Below, in pieces: positions 1 to 9,617 of a DNA stretch of 55,845 nucleotides; within the stretch, counting starts at the first letter, position 1; the number at the start of each line of letters is the position of its first letter. This DNA comes from a virus. Taxonomy: Duplodnaviria > Caudoviricetes. A program made the translations under genes and the position numbers. The stretch covers positions 1 to 55,845 of IMG/VR virus record IMGVR_UViG_3300025674_007203. One strand, given 5' to 3'. Below the pieces are notes generated by a model. That model did no database searches. It had not been told where the DNA came from and saw nothing but the letters and a program-made list of their open reading frames with translations.

Positions 1-804
1 TTTGCTGGTACTGGCTATCTTTCTTCCTCTTATAGTTCTTTTAGTCTTGGTAGTAATCCTGAAAGCCCAAACTTTAAGGTTCGGGATTTACGTTTGCCAG
101 ATGACATCACGCTTAAAAGATTTGATAAAAGAAGAGAAATGCTCGATATTGTCAACAATAAGTTTAGTAAAGAGCAATCTTCAGATAAACTTACAGCCCT
201 TGATACTTTCTATGAAAATGCTTTTGATCTTATGTCTTCCGATAATGCTATTAATGCTTTTGATCTAAATAAAGAAGACGATAAGACTAAAGAAATTTAT
301 GGAAAAAATGCAGCCGGTATGAGAATGCTATTAAGTAGAAGATTAGTTGAAGCGGGAGTACGATTTGTGACGATGACCTATGGAGGATGGGATCATCATG
401 ATGGAATTGCCCGACAAATGGAAAGAAACTTACCAGATTTTGATAAGGCATTTGCGGCATTAATAAATGATCTTGATGACAGAGGAATGTTGGATTCTAC
501 GCTTGTTGTCGTTGGCACAGAATTCGGTAGAACTCCTAAGATTAATCCTACTAGTGGGAGGGATCATTGGCCTAAAGTATATAGTACAGTACTCGCTGGT
601 GGTGGTATTAAGCGTGGATTGATTTATGGAAAGAGCGATGCCACTGGTAGTGAGCCTTTAGAAAATCCAGTTGACATTGCAGATTGGGCTGCTACAATAT
701 ACTCACTGGTTGGAATTGATCCTAATAAGGTTCTCATGGCCCCAGGTAGTAGGCCAGTAAAGATTATTGATGGCGGAAAGCTGATAAAGGATATTATAGT
801 ATGA
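1..804 (+). CDS. DUF1501-family protein (Planctomycete-enriched), 5'-truncated
   Basis: Frame is open from base 1 (FAGTGYL...). Motifs RRLVEAGVRFV, GGWDHH, GTEFGRTPKIN, GRDHWP, AGGGIKRG are typical of DUF1501. Confidence 0.9.
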   Translation, partial: FAGTGYLSSSYSSFSLGSNPESPNFKVRDLRLPDDITLKRFDKRREMLDIVNNKFSKEQSSDKLTALDTFYENAFDLMSSDNAINAFDLNKEDDKTKEIYGKNAAGMRMLLSRRLVEAGVRFVTMTYGGWDHHDGIARQMERNLPDFDKAFAALINDLDDRGMLDSTLVVVGTEFGRTPKINPTSGRDHWPKVYSTVLAGGGIKRGLIYGKSDATGSEPLENPVDIADWAATIYSLVGIDPNKVLMAPGSRPVKIIDGGKLIKDIIV

Positions 805-1007
805 TAAATAAAGGGACAAATTATCTAACAAAAAAACAACAGCAGCAGTTAGACGAAGTTCTAAAAATTTGTAATAAGGCAATAGAGGATCAAAAGAAAA
901 GAGAAAGGACTCTTGGCTATGGTCTTGATGACTACACAGAAGGAAGAACAGTAGGGGCTGCTAATCTCGCTAGAAGAATTAAGCGTATTGCTTTTGGGGA
1001 ACAATAA
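801..1007 (+). CDS. hypothetical protein
   Basis: 68 aa ORF with ATGA overlap to the upstream stop. Confidence 0.65.
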   Translation: MINKGTNYLTKKQQQQLDEVLKICNKAIEDQKKRERTLGYGLDDYTEGRTVGAANLARRIKRIAFGEQ

Positions 1008-1010
1008 TCA

Positions 1011-1724
1011 ATGGATCTAATTAAAGTTAAGAAATATCGTGATCTTGGAGATGGAATTTATAATGATGTAATGAGCCATTGTGCAAAACCATCCAAGGGC
1101 AATGGAAGATATACTGATGTACATGAAACTTCCCATTTCATTAGTAGTGCTTTAAGAAAAGGTAGAATGGGCTATAATGGATTTTATATCCTAGACGATA
1201 ATGCCGTGTTAATTAAAGAACCTCCTACAACTATTGGTGAAGTAGCAAAATATGTCCCAGAAAATCTAAGAGGATATAGATATAAGCTCTATTTTGTGGA
1301 ACAAAGAAGATACTGGGATGAGCAACCACTTTATATTGCAGAAGAATGGAATTGCTATACTCTTGGTGGTATGTGTGCTGTTGATGATTATAATCATAAG
1401 AGAGAATTAGAGCGTACAGATGCGGTTAGTGGAATGTTTGAATTTATGGTTTATTGTACTGCTTTAGCAATGTGCGTTGAAGATAAATGTCCAGAGTATT
1501 GGAAAAAAAATAAACAATTCAGAGAATTTCTACAGTATAGGATGGATACTTCTTCTATGATATTTGCTGTTGGAAGAGAAGTTCCACAATTTAAAAGTCT
1601 GTCTTCTGATAAACTATATCAAACTTGGCACAATAGTGAGGAAGGAAAAGAATTTCAAGAATTTATTGATGAGAATTTTACCAATAAAGAACCTGTTAGA
1701 TTTGGATTTCACTACCTGGAATAA
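1011..1724 (+). CDS. hypothetical protein, possible zincin metallopeptidase
   Basis: HETSH (HExxH) plus a downstream YIAEEW; function inferred from the motif only. Confidence 0.55.
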   Translation: MDLIKVKKYRDLGDGIYNDVMSHCAKPSKGNGRYTDVHETSHFISSALRKGRMGYNGFYILDDNAVLIKEPPTTIGEVAKYVPENLRGYRYKLYFVEQRRYWDEQPLYIAEEWNCYTLGGMCAVDDYNHKRELERTDAVSGMFEFMVYCTALAMCVEDKCPEYWKKNKQFREFLQYRMDTSSMIFAVGREVPQFKSLSSDKLYQTWHNSEEGKEFQEFIDENFTNKEPVRFGFHYLE

Positions 1725-1775
1725 TTTTTATCAATATCTTTGTGGTGTATGCTAATAGATAGGAGGAAACTATCT

Positions 1776-2153
1776 ATGAAAATACTACAAATTTTATTTC
1801 TTATTTTTGTTTGTCTATTTCTTAATAAGTCTTTTGCTGAAGAAGTTGTAATTAATGACATTGAAGTTGCACGACAAGAAGCAAAAGAAACAGACACAAA
1901 ATTGCTATTAGTATTTACTGCTGACTGGTGTACATATTGCACCTATTTAAAGAATGACTTAACAGCAAACATGGAAATGGTTAATGAAAAATATACTGTT
2001 TGTTTTGTAGATTTTGACTCTAATCCAGAATTAGCGAGAAAATATAAAGTAACCAGCATACCTGCATCTATAGCATTTGAGGATAAAGTCTATTATAAAA
2101 AAGTAGGATATGGTAGAAACTTTCTTTCTTATATGCAATTTTTAAAGCTCTAA
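1776..2153 (+). CDS. exported thioredoxin-like protein
   Basis: AGGAGG RBS at 1761, signal-peptide-like N-terminus, FTADWCTYC (CxxC), cis-Pro motif VTSIP. Confidence 0.85.
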   Translation: MKILQILFLIFVCLFLNKSFAEEVVINDIEVARQEAKETDTKLLLVFTADWCTYCTYLKNDLTANMEMVNEKYTVCFVDFDSNPELARKYKVTSIPASIAFEDKVYYKKVGYGRNFLSYMQFLKL

Positions 2154-2155
2154 TC

Positions 2156-2461
2156 ATGTGGAATTTATTTCAAAAAAAGATTAGATACGCTACTCGATCT
2201 CCGCAATGGAGAACTGTAAGGAAAGACCATTTAAAAGAACAGCCAGAATGTCAAGCCTGCGGAAGGGATGAAGATTTAGAAGTACATCATATAGTTCCTG
2301 TGCATATTGCAGAAGAACTGGAACTAGACCGAGGTAACCTAATTACTCTTTGTTCTAAATGTCATTTAGTTTTTGGACATCTTTATAACTATAAAAGTTG
2401 GAATGAATATGTAGTAAAAGACGCAGCATCATTTTTAAGGAAAGTTAATCAAAGACCTTAA
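2156..2461 (+). CDS. HNH endonuclease
   Basis: CQACG...EVHHIVP...NLITLCSKCH. Confidence 0.9.
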   Translation: MWNLFQKKIRYATRSPQWRTVRKDHLKEQPECQACGRDEDLEVHHIVPVHIAEELELDRGNLITLCSKCHLVFGHLYNYKSWNEYVVKDAASFLRKVNQRP

Positions 2462-2496
2462 CAAAATCACGCCTTTCAAAAAAACAGGAAGTACAC

Positions 2497-2525
2497 TTGA
2501 CAAAGTTTTGGTTTTGTGCTATCAT
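2497..2525 (+). promoter_or_regulatory. sigma70-type promoter
   Basis: TTGACA-17 bp-TATCAT with extended -10 TG, in an intergenic gap. Confidence 0.8.
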
Positions 2526-2555
2526 AGATAAAGTAACTCAACATAGGAGACGGTA

Positions 2556-2753
2556 ATGGAATTTGAAGAAGACGAAGTAAACAGAAAAGAAGTTAGAAAA
2601 AATCATCTAGCTAACAAGAAAGTACATCAAAAGTTTATTGATGATGAAACTAAATTTGTAAACAAATCTAATAAAGTTAGAAAGTACAGACTACAGGCTC
2701 TAGAACAAGAAGAACTTGATGAGGAATGGGAAGAATATCTCCATAACAAATGA
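2556..2753 (+). CDS. hypothetical charged protein
   Basis: GGAG RBS, 65 aa, directly after the promoter. Confidence 0.7.
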   Translation: MEFEEDEVNRKEVRKNHLANKKVHQKFIDDETKFVNKSNKVRKYRLQALEQEELDEEWEEYLHNK

Positions 2754-2971
2754 AATATCTAGAGGAATTAGAACCTGGAGACTGTTTTGAATTAGAAGAT
2801 AGTACATATGTTCTGTCTTCTGATTACAAGAGGAATGGAGATAGGAGTTGCATCAGTTTAAATACAGGATTTAATAAATGGTTGTCTTCAGACTCAATAG
2901 TAGACATATGCCCTGTCTATAAACTCGACGAAGAAAACAATATTGTTGCTATAAAACCAACAGAAAAATAA
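2750..2971 (+). CDS. hypothetical protein
   Basis: ATGA overlap, 73 aa. Confidence 0.7.
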   Translation: MKYLEELEPGDCFELEDSTYVLSSDYKRNGDRSCISLNTGFNKWLSSDSIVDICPVYKLDEENNIVAIKPTEK

Positions 2972-2972
2972 A

Positions 2973-3206
2973 ATGTTACTCAAGATCAAAACTTTTCTCA
3001 TAAGTCTTTATTGGCATATCAACAGAGGTATGCCTAAAAGCAGTCAACAAGAAATTGATAGAAGATTTTCTATTTGTGTTAGTTGTGAATACTATAATCA
3101 ACAAGAGCAAGAATGCGGAGTTTGTGGTTGTAATATAAATCGTAGAAAAATTTTTATGAATAAACTAGCCTGGGCAGATCAGAAGTGCCCCGAACAAAAA
3201 TGGTAA
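2973..3206 (+). CDS. small Cys-rich (Zn-binding) phage protein
   Basis: RFSICVSC...CGVCGC...CPEQKW pattern. Confidence 0.7.
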   Translation: MLLKIKTFLISLYWHINRGMPKSSQQEIDRRFSICVSCEYYNQQEQECGVCGCNINRRKIFMNKLAWADQKCPEQKW

Positions 3207-3207
3207 A

Positions 3208-3984
3208 ATGGCTTTTGAAGATTTAAAAAAGAAAATTTCCGTAGTAATTCAGGGTCCACTGGACAACAGAACTTACGAAGCAATAGACTGCTACCAAGAT
3301 TTTGGAGAAGTCATAGTTTCTACATGGAGCAGCGGAGAAGATTATAGGAATTTATGTCTAACAAATCCTGAGTCAAAATTTAAATTAACTACCTCGCACT
3401 ATCCCCCTAATCTTAAAGAGATAATAAATCATGGAGCGATATACTACATTGCATCAACAACTTTTAATGGGGCTCTAGTTGCTGAAAAAGAATATACTTT
3501 AAAAGTTAGGTCTGATGAACTTTATCCAAACCTTGATATGTTCTTAGAAAATCTAGAAAAATACCCATCTAGATTACATACAACAGATAATGGTTTTTGG
3601 AAAAGACATCCGTTCTGCATGTCTGGACATATATTTTTAGATAAAACAGAAAATATGCGAAATGCAATGAATTTAATATTGCAATATTGTTTAGGACAAA
3701 AATATCAAAATATCAAATCAACAATTTGTGAACAGATTTTGGGTGCATTTTGCATGTGTGCTAGAAATAAAGAATTTGATAATAGAAATTGGAAACAAAT
3801 TTTTAGAGATAATATCTATATAACCAAATGTGTAGATCTGCCAGGACACCTACATTCTGGACAATCTTCAGCAGGAAGAGGATTTAAAAGATCAGAAGAA
3901 CCATATCCATGCGGAAGAAAAGAAATGCCAAATGGATGCCATAACCCCGAAGAATTATATCAACATATAGAAGAAATAATATAA
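3208..3984 (+). CDS. WavE-like polysaccharide synthesis protein
   Basis: ISVVIQGP, EVIVSTW, YTLKVRSD motifs resemble WavE. Confidence 0.65.
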   Translation: MAFEDLKKKISVVIQGPLDNRTYEAIDCYQDFGEVIVSTWSSGEDYRNLCLTNPESKFKLTTSHYPPNLKEIINHGAIYYIASTTFNGALVAEKEYTLKVRSDELYPNLDMFLENLEKYPSRLHTTDNGFWKRHPFCMSGHIFLDKTENMRNAMNLILQYCLGQKYQNIKSTICEQILGAFCMCARNKEFDNRNWKQIFRDNIYITKCVDLPGHLHSGQSSAGRGFKRSEEPYPCGRKEMPNGCHNPEELYQHIEEII

Positions 3985-4505
3985 TGAAATATGAATATAA
4001 AGATTTAGAACTATACAAACAATTACATCAACAAAGAAGCTATGGCGACACTGGTTCTGTTTATACAGATGATGTTAGGTCTTTTATAGATGAAACAGGA
4101 TCAGTTTCGGTATTAGATTTTGGTGCAGGAAGAGGGGCATTGAAGAGATCACTGTATAAGAAATATTCTTTTAATATTGATGAGTTCGATCCGTGTGTTC
4201 CAGGTAAAGAAGTTATTCCTAAAGATGAATATGAACTAGTAATAACAACAGATCTTCTAGAGCATTTATTTGAAGAAGAAATAAATAATCTTTTTGAAGA
4301 AATGCTTTTATTAAAACCAAAATTCATGTATCATGCTATATCAACAAGAACAGCAACGATATTACTACCAGACGGAAGCAATTGCCATAAAACTGTTAAA
4401 GATGCTGAATGGTGGTCAAATAAAATAAAAAGTTTGTTAAACCCAAAGTCAATAGAACAAAAAGTAATAAACGACGATTGTGTAATTTTTAAAATCAAAA
4501 TATAA
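3984..4505 (+). CDS. class I SAM-dependent methyltransferase
   Basis: VLDFGAGRG and TDLLEHL. Confidence 0.85.
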   Translation: MKYEYKDLELYKQLHQQRSYGDTGSVYTDDVRSFIDETGSVSVLDFGAGRGALKRSLYKKYSFNIDEFDPCVPGKEVIPKDEYELVITTDLLEHLFEEEINNLFEEMLLLKPKFMYHAISTRTATILLPDGSNCHKTVKDAEWWSNKIKSLLNPKSIEQKVINDDCVIFKIKI

Positions 4506-4507
4506 CT

Positions 4508-5140
4508 ATGTCTAATTTTGTATACTTAAAAGAAGAATTTGTTTTTATTCATATGCCAAAATGCGGAGGGCATTCATTAAGGCATTATGTGTTTCCTCAA
4601 GACAAAAACAATAGAATCGGTCCAATTTTTGGTAAAATTCCCAACAAATATTCATCTTTTGAAACTATGACTATTATAAGAAATCCATACACAAGATTTG
4701 CCTCAGCTTATAATATGTTTAAGTATGGGACAGATGCTCATGATCCTGTCTTTAAAAAGAAAAAAACAATCACAGAACTGCTGAATATTATAGAAAACCC
4801 AAAAATTAAATTCGGCAATCTAAAAGACAAAACAGAAAGTTTTAAACATCATAGTATTCCGCAAACACATGAATTTAACTGTTATCATTTGGCAAAAAAC
4901 GTAGCAAGATTTGAAAACTATAATGAAGACGTAAGTAAAATTTTACATAAACTAGGTTTTAAAAATTTTGAATTGGTTCAAAAAAACTCTTCAAAAGAAA
5001 AACCTAAAATTCAAATCATAAAAAAGGATATAGACAAATTTCATAAAATCTATAGACAGGATTTTGAGATATTACAATATCCAATGTTTAGCAATGGAGT
5101 CGTTATAGATGGAGACAGAGTATATGAATATACAGGGTAA
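4508..5140 (+). CDS. sulfotransferase family 2 protein
   Basis: 5'-PSB-like FIHMPKCGGHS, 3'-PB-like RNPYTRFASAY, C-terminal YRQDF. Confidence 0.85.
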   Translation: MSNFVYLKEEFVFIHMPKCGGHSLRHYVFPQDKNNRIGPIFGKIPNKYSSFETMTIIRNPYTRFASAYNMFKYGTDAHDPVFKKKKTITELLNIIENPKIKFGNLKDKTESFKHHSIPQTHEFNCYHLAKNVARFENYNEDVSKILHKLGFKNFELVQKNSSKEKPKIQIIKKDIDKFHKIYRQDFEILQYPMFSNGVVIDGDRVYEYTG

Positions 5141-5477
5141 AGTCTGGGGCTCTACATCAGAATTATTTAACAAAAACAATGTAGAAATACACAGAATAGA
5201 AGCTAACAAAGGTGGATATTGTTCAGTCCACAAACATGAGCACAAATATAATTTATTTTTTGTAGAAAATGGAAAGCTACTTGTCAAAGTATGGAAAAAC
5301 GACTATAATCTTATGGACGAGACAGTTGTCTCAAGTAAAGAAATGACTATTGTTAAACCTGGAGAATTTCATCAATTTGAAGCATTAGAAGATACTATAG
5401 CATATGAAATTTACTGGGTCGAATTAAACAGCTCAGACATTTTAAGAAAAAACTCTGGAGGCAACAAAAATGGTTAA
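5124..5477 (+). CDS. cupin-domain protein (sugar isomerase-like)
   Basis: KVWG, CSVHKHEHK, PGEFHQF. Confidence 0.8.
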   Translation: MNIQGKVWGSTSELFNKNNVEIHRIEANKGGYCSVHKHEHKYNLFFVENGKLLVKVWKNDYNLMDETVVSSKEMTIVKPGEFHQFEALEDTIAYEIYWVELNSSDILRKNSGGNKNG

Positions 5478-5982
5478 TTTGGTAAAGTCAAAAAAAAATA
5501 TTTTTAAAACAGCACAAAATACTATTAATGCTAAAGAAATCGGATATAGCATTATTATTCCTCATGTATGTAATAATGCTAATTTATTTGGTGCTGGATT
5601 TGCTAAATCTGTTGCTGAATATTATCCAGAAGTAAAGACTAATTATCATTTGCTTGGCAAAAACTTTTTACTCAGAAATCCAGGTTATGTTCAGTTTATT
5701 GATGTAGATAGAGAACCAACATATAATAGAAGATTAATATTTGCAAATATGATTGCACAAAATGGTATTCGTAGCGAAAAAAATCCAAGACCACTAAACT
5801 ATGCTTACCTAGTTAAAAGTATGGTTTCTGTTAGAAAATTTATTTTAGATAACTTTAATTCAGAAAATAAAGTAAAAATCTTTGCTCCAAAATTTGGTAG
5901 CAAATTAGCAGGAGGAAACTGGACATTTATAAATTGTTTGGTGGAAGACATATGGACAAATATTGATGTAACTATATTCTAA
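5470..5982 (+). CDS. macro domain protein (Poa1p/TARG1-like ADP-ribosylhydrolase)
   Basis: HVCNN..FGAGFA, NMIAQ, PKFGSKLAGGNW. Confidence 0.8.
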   Translation: MVNLVKSKKNIFKTAQNTINAKEIGYSIIIPHVCNNANLFGAGFAKSVAEYYPEVKTNYHLLGKNFLLRNPGYVQFIDVDREPTYNRRLIFANMIAQNGIRSEKNPRPLNYAYLVKSMVSVRKFILDNFNSENKVKIFAPKFGSKLAGGNWTFINCLVEDIWTNIDVTIF

Positions 5983-5996
5983 AAGGTATATTTTAA

Positions 5997-6878
5997 ATGA
6001 ATGTAAATAATTTAAATCCTGGATCCAACATAGAAAAACTTTTGCCTGTTAACGAAATAAATGAATCTTCTTACAATGCTTTCATAGAAGAAGGAAAAAT
6101 TCAGCTCGAAAATAAGACCGTGGTTTTTTCAATGCTTTGTAGAAACAATGCAGATGTTCTTAAAAAAAATGTCAATACAATTGTTAATATTGTAAAAAAT
6201 TATGTCAAAGATTATAAGTTTGTTGTTTTTGAAAATGATTCTAAAGATAATACAAAACAAATACTAAAACAGCTTGCTACAGAAGACCCTAACTTTTATT
6301 ATGAATCGGAAGACAATAACAAGCCACATTTTGGCCCAAGTAAGAACCCCAAAAGAACAGAAGCATTAGCAGAATACCGAAACAGAAATCTAGAATATAT
6401 TAAGAAAAATTATTCTGATTATGATTATGTAATAGTTATTGATTCTGATTTTATTGATATAAGCATTAATGGTTTTTATCATTCTTTCGGGATGTTAAGA
6501 ATGACAGATATAGATGCCATATGCGGCAATAGCTACCAGCTTTTGAATATAGAAGATAAACCTAAATTATGGAATTATGATTGTTGGGCATATAGAGCAA
6601 CTTGGTGGTATGATTGGTCTTATTTTAGAAATGAATATATAATAGATAATCCTATGCTTTGGTTTGGATATTGGATAGTACCAGTAGGAACAACTCCATT
6701 TTTTGTCAATAGCGCATTTGGAGGAATGGCTATTTATAAAACACAAGATTATATTTTAGGAGAATACGACGGCAAAGATTGTGAACATGTCATGTTTCAT
6801 TTGTCTCTAAGAAAAGAAAAACCAGATTGGAGACTAGCATTAAATCCTTCTCAAATCATGCTGATGCCGGGACCATGA
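5997..6878 (+). CDS. GT-A glycosyltransferase (CAP59/mannosyltransferase-like)
   Basis: FENDSKDNT, LAEYRN, VIDSD (DxD), SAFGGMAIY, DCEHV. Confidence 0.75.
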   Translation: MNVNNLNPGSNIEKLLPVNEINESSYNAFIEEGKIQLENKTVVFSMLCRNNADVLKKNVNTIVNIVKNYVKDYKFVVFENDSKDNTKQILKQLATEDPNFYYESEDNNKPHFGPSKNPKRTEALAEYRNRNLEYIKKNYSDYDYVIVIDSDFIDISINGFYHSFGMLRMTDIDAICGNSYQLLNIEDKPKLWNYDCWAYRATWWYDWSYFRNEYIIDNPMLWFGYWIVPVGTTPFFVNSAFGGMAIYKTQDYILGEYDGKDCEHVMFHLSLRKEKPDWRLALNPSQIMLMPGP

Positions 6879-7405
6879 ATAGACTAAAAAATCAAAGAGT
6901 TTATCTTGTTGGTGCAATGGATAGAGTGGCCGACAGAGGAAAAGGATGGAGAGAAAGTATTACTCCTTTTCTAGAAGAACTAGGAGTAACAGTATTTAAT
7001 CCATTAACAAAACCTTCGGAAATAGGTAAAGAAGATGAGAACTCATTCTTAAAAAAAATAGAGTTAAAGACTGCTAAAAACTATGAAGAACTATCAGAAA
7101 TAATGAAGATCATAAGAAATGTAGATCTTCGTCTTGTTGATATTAGCGATTTTATAATTGTTAACTTAGATTTAGATACTCATCCATGTGGCACATACGA
7201 AGAAATTTTTCTTGCAAACCGCCAGAAAAAACCTATAATAGTTCATGTGCAGCAAGGAAAAGAACATTGTCCAGATTGGTTGTTTGGATGCTTGCCTCAC
7301 GAACTAATTTTTAGCGATTGGAACGAAATTAAGATTTATCTAAAATATGTCAATAGTTACAACAGTATAAACTCACTTAATAGATGGTATTTTTTTAACC
7401 AATGA
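6875..7405 (+). CDS. nucleoside 2-deoxyribosyltransferase-like protein
   Basis: VYLVGAM, FNP, DLRLVDISD, GTYEEIFLA..KKP. Confidence 0.8.
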   Translation: MNRLKNQRVYLVGAMDRVADRGKGWRESITPFLEELGVTVFNPLTKPSEIGKEDENSFLKKIELKTAKNYEELSEIMKIIRNVDLRLVDISDFIIVNLDLDTHPCGTYEEIFLANRQKKPIIVHVQQGKEHCPDWLFGCLPHELIFSDWNEIKIYLKYVNSYNSINSLNRWYFFNQ

Positions 7406-8523
7406 AAATTATCAACGAACTGAAACTTGATTTTGATGATGTTCTTATCAAGCCCAAAAGATCTAAACTACAAAGTAGAAAAGATGTTTGGGCCTATAGG
7501 TCTTTTTCTTTTCCTCATGCCATCTCAGAACTTACCGATTGTTGTCCTTTAGTTGCTGCTAACATGGATACCACGGGAAGTTTTTACATGGCAGATACTA
7601 TGTCTAAAAATAGAGCAATAACTTGTTTACACAAGCATTACAATATCAAAGAATATCTGGAATATTATAGGAATAATTTATCTTCTACTTCTGATTTTGT
7701 TTTTTACTCTACCGGCACTTCTGTTTCTGATTTGGAAAAGTTGGACGCTGTGTTTGAGGGCACTAAAGCGTTTAGGTGGTCAACTCCTAACCTATGCGTA
7801 GATGTCGCAAATGGATATTCTGAAAAGTTTGTTCGCACCCTCGCCAACCTGCGTAAAAAGTATCCGAAATCTATTATTATTGCTGGTAATGTTGTTACGC
7901 CAGAAATGACAGAAGAACTTATCATGCACGGTGGCGTAGACATTGTAAAGGTTGGTATAGGTTCCGGCAGTGTGTGTACCACCCGTTTAAAAACGGGCGT
8001 AGGATACCCTCAGTTGAGTGCTGTAATGGAATGTGCTGACGCTGCTCATGGTTGCGGAGGACACATTTGCAGCGACGGAGGATGTAGAACTCCTGCGGAC
8101 ATTTGTAAAGCATTTGGTGGTGGGGCTGATTTTGTTATGCTAGGAAGTATGCTGGCAGGAACAAATGAATGCGACGGAGAATGGACTTATGAGTATCTCG
8201 CAGACAGTAGCGAAATAAAGTTTTGGCAATCTATAGACCCTGGTTATCCAACTGAAAGAAGAAAAGTATCTTTACGGTTTTACGGAATGAGCAGTAAAGA
8301 AGCACAAGATAAACATCACGATGGAGTAGCAAACTACAGAACTAGCGAAGGTCGGTGTGTTCAAATACCTTATAAAGGTTTAGCAGAAGATACCCTTAGA
8401 GATATTCTTGGTGGCATCAGAAGTTGTTGTACTTATGTGGGAGCATTCAAGATAAAAGACCTTCCTAAAAAGACAACATTTATTAGAGTTAACAATACCC
8501 ATAATAGGATTTATGAAAAATGA
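7402..8523 (+). CDS. guaC: GMP reductase
   Basis: KLDFDDVLIKPKRS, AANMDT, DVANGYSE, KVGIGSGSVCTTR, SDGGC, FYGMSS, YRTSEG. Confidence 0.93.
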   Translation: MKIINELKLDFDDVLIKPKRSKLQSRKDVWAYRSFSFPHAISELTDCCPLVAANMDTTGSFYMADTMSKNRAITCLHKHYNIKEYLEYYRNNLSSTSDFVFYSTGTSVSDLEKLDAVFEGTKAFRWSTPNLCVDVANGYSEKFVRTLANLRKKYPKSIIIAGNVVTPEMTEELIMHGGVDIVKVGIGSGSVCTTRLKTGVGYPQLSAVMECADAAHGCGGHICSDGGCRTPADICKAFGGGADFVMLGSMLAGTNECDGEWTYEYLADSSEIKFWQSIDPGYPTERRKVSLRFYGMSSKEAQDKHHDGVANYRTSEGRCVQIPYKGLAEDTLRDILGGIRSCCTYVGAFKIKDLPKKTTFIRVNNTHNRIYEK

Positions 8524-9617
8524 ATAAGTTGAATCTGTTTTGTCCAATTAATGGAACGGGATATGGAATTACTTCAGCAAATATTGCTCTCCAATTAGAA
8601 CAACTAAATCTAGATGTGGCTTTATTTGTTTTGGGTCAAGGCGTAATGTTACAAGACCCAATAGAAAGAGAAGCAATGTTAAAAATGCTAAATGCATCCA
8701 GATCATATGATCCATATGCTCCATGTTTGAAAATATGGCATCAAAATGATTTGGGTCCAAGAATTGGGGTTGGAGACTATTATGTATTTCCATTTTTTGA
8801 AGCAGACAAACTACATGATTTTGAGGTCCGAGGCTTAAACCATACCACCGGAGTTTTCACTGCATCAAAATGGGGCAAAAAAGTTCTAGAAGATAATGGA
8901 GTCAAAGTACCAGTTTTTGTTGCTCCTTTAGGTGTAAATACTGAGATTTTTAATAACGAAAAATCCTTGAAGATTAAGACAGACAAATATGTATTTTTAC
9001 ATGTCGGGAAGTGGGAAAAAAGGAAAGGTCAAGATTTTCTGTTACAAGCATTCGAGAAAGCATTTAGTCCCGACGATAATGTAGAGTTATGGCTAGTGCC
9101 TCATAATCCATTTTTAAGTCCACAAGAAACAAATCAGTGGCTGAATTTAGTAAATAATAATGCATTGTCGGATAAAATTAAAGTTTATAATAGATTGCCT
9201 ACGCAACAAGACCTTGCTGAAGTAATAAGAGAATCAGATTGTGGTATATTTATGAGCAGAGCAGAAGGATGGAATAACGAAATTCCAGAAATGATGGCCT
9301 TGAACAAGCCAATTATCACAACCAATTATTCTGCACATACAGAATACTGCAATCAGGATAATAGTTTTCTAGTAGAAATTAATGAAACCGAAGCTGCTAA
9401 TGACGGAAAATGGTTTCATGGATTTGGAAATTGGGCAAAACTTGGAAAAGAACAATTAGAGCAAACTGTAGAACATATGAAATTTGTGTATAATAATAAA
9501 GTTAGGTCTAACGAAAAAGGACTAGAAACAGCACGACACTATTCTTGGTCGAATACGGCTTCCATTATCAACAATACTTTAACAGAGAGAAAGAGCTACA
9601 GCAATGCCATTACCTAA
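8520..9617 (+). CDS. glycosyltransferase family 4 (GT-B)
   Basis: TGYG, VGKWEKRKG, SRAEGWNNEIPEMMA (EX7E), YSWSN. Confidence 0.88.
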   Translation: MNKLNLFCPINGTGYGITSANIALQLEQLNLDVALFVLGQGVMLQDPIEREAMLKMLNASRSYDPYAPCLKIWHQNDLGPRIGVGDYYVFPFFEADKLHDFEVRGLNHTTGVFTASKWGKKVLEDNGVKVPVFVAPLGVNTEIFNNEKSLKIKTDKYVFLHVGKWEKRKGQDFLLQAFEKAFSPDDNVELWLVPHNPFLSPQETNQWLNLVNNNALSDKIKVYNRLPTQQDLAEVIRESDCGIFMSRAEGWNNEIPEMMALNKPIITTNYSAHTEYCNQDNSFLVEINETEAANDGKWFHGFGNWAKLGKEQLEQTVEHMKFVYNNKVRSNEKGLETARHYSWSNTASIINNTLTERKSYSNAIT

